Under the pieces are notes generated by a model. That model was given only the letters and a program-made list of their open reading frames with translations. It had not been told where the DNA came from and made no database searches. The translations under genes were made by a program, and so were the position numbers. 64,000 bases of DNA from the human T2T-CHM13v2.0 reference genome, Homo sapiens. This document shows, in pieces, positions 55,865-64,000 of the stretch; the first letter of the stretch is position 1; the number at the start of each line of letters is the position of its first letter. The stretch lies in the NCBI RefSeq assembly GCF_009914755.1, contig NC_060934.1; one strand, written 5' to 3'.

Positions 55865-56601
55865 TAAGCCTCCCAAAGTGTTGGGATTACAGGCGTGAGC
55901 CACTGCACCCAGCCTCCTTGTTGCTGTTTTTTAAAGAGATGGAGTATTGCTGTGTTGCTCAAGCTGGAGTGCAGTGGCTATTCACAGGTACAGTCACAGT
56001 GCACTGAGACCTCGAACTCCTGGGCTCAAGCGTTCCTCCTGCCTCAGCCTCCCTAATAGCTGGGATTACAGGCATGCACCACCATGCTTGGCTTTACCAC
56101 TCTGGTTTGAATGAATACCAACTTGATATTTATAGTATACAAAAATTTTTCTCCTATATAGCTCTGTCCCCCTTAAGTTATTATGTCATATTTACATTTT
56201 TTTTTTGTTTGAGACAGAGTCTTCTTCTGTCACCTAGACTGGAGTGCAGTGGTGTGATCTTGGCTCACTGCAACCTCTGCCTCCCGGATTCAAGTGATTC
56301 TCCTGCCTCAGCCTCCTGAGTAGCTGGGATTACAGGTGTGCGCCACCATGCCCGGCTAATTTTTGTATTTTTAGTAGAGACGGGGTTTCACCGTGTTAGT
56401 CAGGCTGGTCTTAAAATCCTGACCTTGTGATCTGCCCGCTTTGGCCTCCCAAAGTGCTGAGATTACAGGTGTGAGCCACCACGCCTGGTCCATAATTACA
56501 TTTTTATACAATGTTTGCTCATCAACATTGTCTTATAATTACTGTTTTATGTTTTATTCATTTTCTTTGAGATGGAGTTTTACTCTTGTCACGCAGGCTG
56601 A

Positions 56602-56769
<168 letters not shown>

Positions 56770-57047
56770 TGAACTTCTGATCTCAAGTGATCTGCCCGCA
56801 TCAGCCTCCTAAAGTGCTGGGATTACAGGCGTGAGCCATCACACCCAGCCCATTTTATGTTTTTTAAACCACATAGAAAAGAGGATTTCAGTTGTCAAAA
56901 ATGCATGAATACTGACTTTTATGTTTGCCTGTGTGATTACCTTTACCAGTGTTCTTTTCCTTTTCATTTGGATTTGAGTTACTGTCTGGTGTGCTTTCAC
57001 TTTGCCGTGAAGGATTTTTAGCATTTCTTGTCAGGAACATTTACTCA

Positions 57048-57783
<736 letters not shown>

Positions 57784-57785
57784 AT

Positions 57786-57803
57786 TGGCATAATGAACAG
57801 GAT
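57786..57803 (+). other. Retroviral primer-binding site, tRNA-Ser(CGA) type
   Basis: TGGCATAATGAACAGGAT versus the complement of the tRNA-Ser(CGA) 3' end TGGCGTCACGAACAGGAT: 15/18 match, two of the differences being CpG transitions. Confidence 0.7.
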
Positions 57804-60328
<2,525 letters not shown>

Positions 60329-60363
60329 TGTATTAGGGTTCTCTAGAGGGACAGAACTAATGG

Positions 60364-60394
<31 letters not shown>

Positions 60395-60791
60395 CATGGG
60401 AGTTTATTAAGGATTAACTCACACAAACACAAGGCCCCACAACACGCCATCTGCAAGCTGAGGAGCAAGGAGAACCAGTCCAACTTCCAAAAGGATTAGT
60501 TCCAAAAGGATTGGAGTCCAATGTTCGAGGGCAGGAAGCATCCAGCATGGGAGAAAGATGTAGGCGGGGAGGCTAGGCCAGTCTCTCTTTTCACGTATTT
60601 CTGCCTATATATATTCTAGCCTCGCTGTCAGCTGATTAGATTGTGCCCACCCAGATTAAGGTGGGTCTGCCTTTCCCAGCCCACTGACTCAAATGTTAAT
60701 CTTCTTTGGCAACCCCCTCACAGACACGCCCGGGATCAATACTTTGTATCCTTCAATACAATTAAGTTGACACTCAGTATTAACCATCACA
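60329..60791 (-). mobile_element. MLT2A LTR (3' LTR of the HERV-L provirus)
   Basis: Minus strand TGTGATGGTTAATACTGAGTGTCAACTT...(TA)n...TTAGTTCTGTCCCTCTAGAGAACCCTAATACA. Confidence 0.92.

Positions 60792-64000
<3,209 letters not shown>

Overview
Hominid (very probably human) genomic DNA, densely packed with Alu repeats; the full-length SVA restricts it to great apes. The only cellular gene content is a decaying tandem pair of KRAB zinc-finger loci on the + strand, downstream of a CpG island (~6.3-7.05 kb). Unit 1, which I recognise from memory as ZNF487, has intact KRAB-A (26686-26812) and KRAB-B (27072-27167) exons. They splice in frame to a last exon (from 32367) whose C2H2 array is cut off by three frameshifts and a nonsense codon, leaving a ~207-aa KRAB+spacer ORF. 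Unit 2 has a start-codon exon (36053-36108, MNRSQ), a KRAB-A exon with a stop (46947-47073) and a KRAB-B exon (47366-47461); no finger exon for it lies in the window. The rest is nested transposon archaeology: an SVA in an Alu in Tigger1, a U7 snRNA retrocopy split by an AluY and a MER4A LTR, solo LTRs, a truncated L1PA, Charlie/Cheshire/Tigger fossils, and a HERV-L/MLT2A provirus inserted into the RT of an older tRNA-Ser-primed class III ERV. I see no demonstrably new biological system. The most testable idea is that the exon phases allow a double-KRAB read-through chain, or a back-spliced 279-nt circle encoding a complete KRAB-only protein. Repeat subfamily names are from recalled consensus sequences, not a database search.
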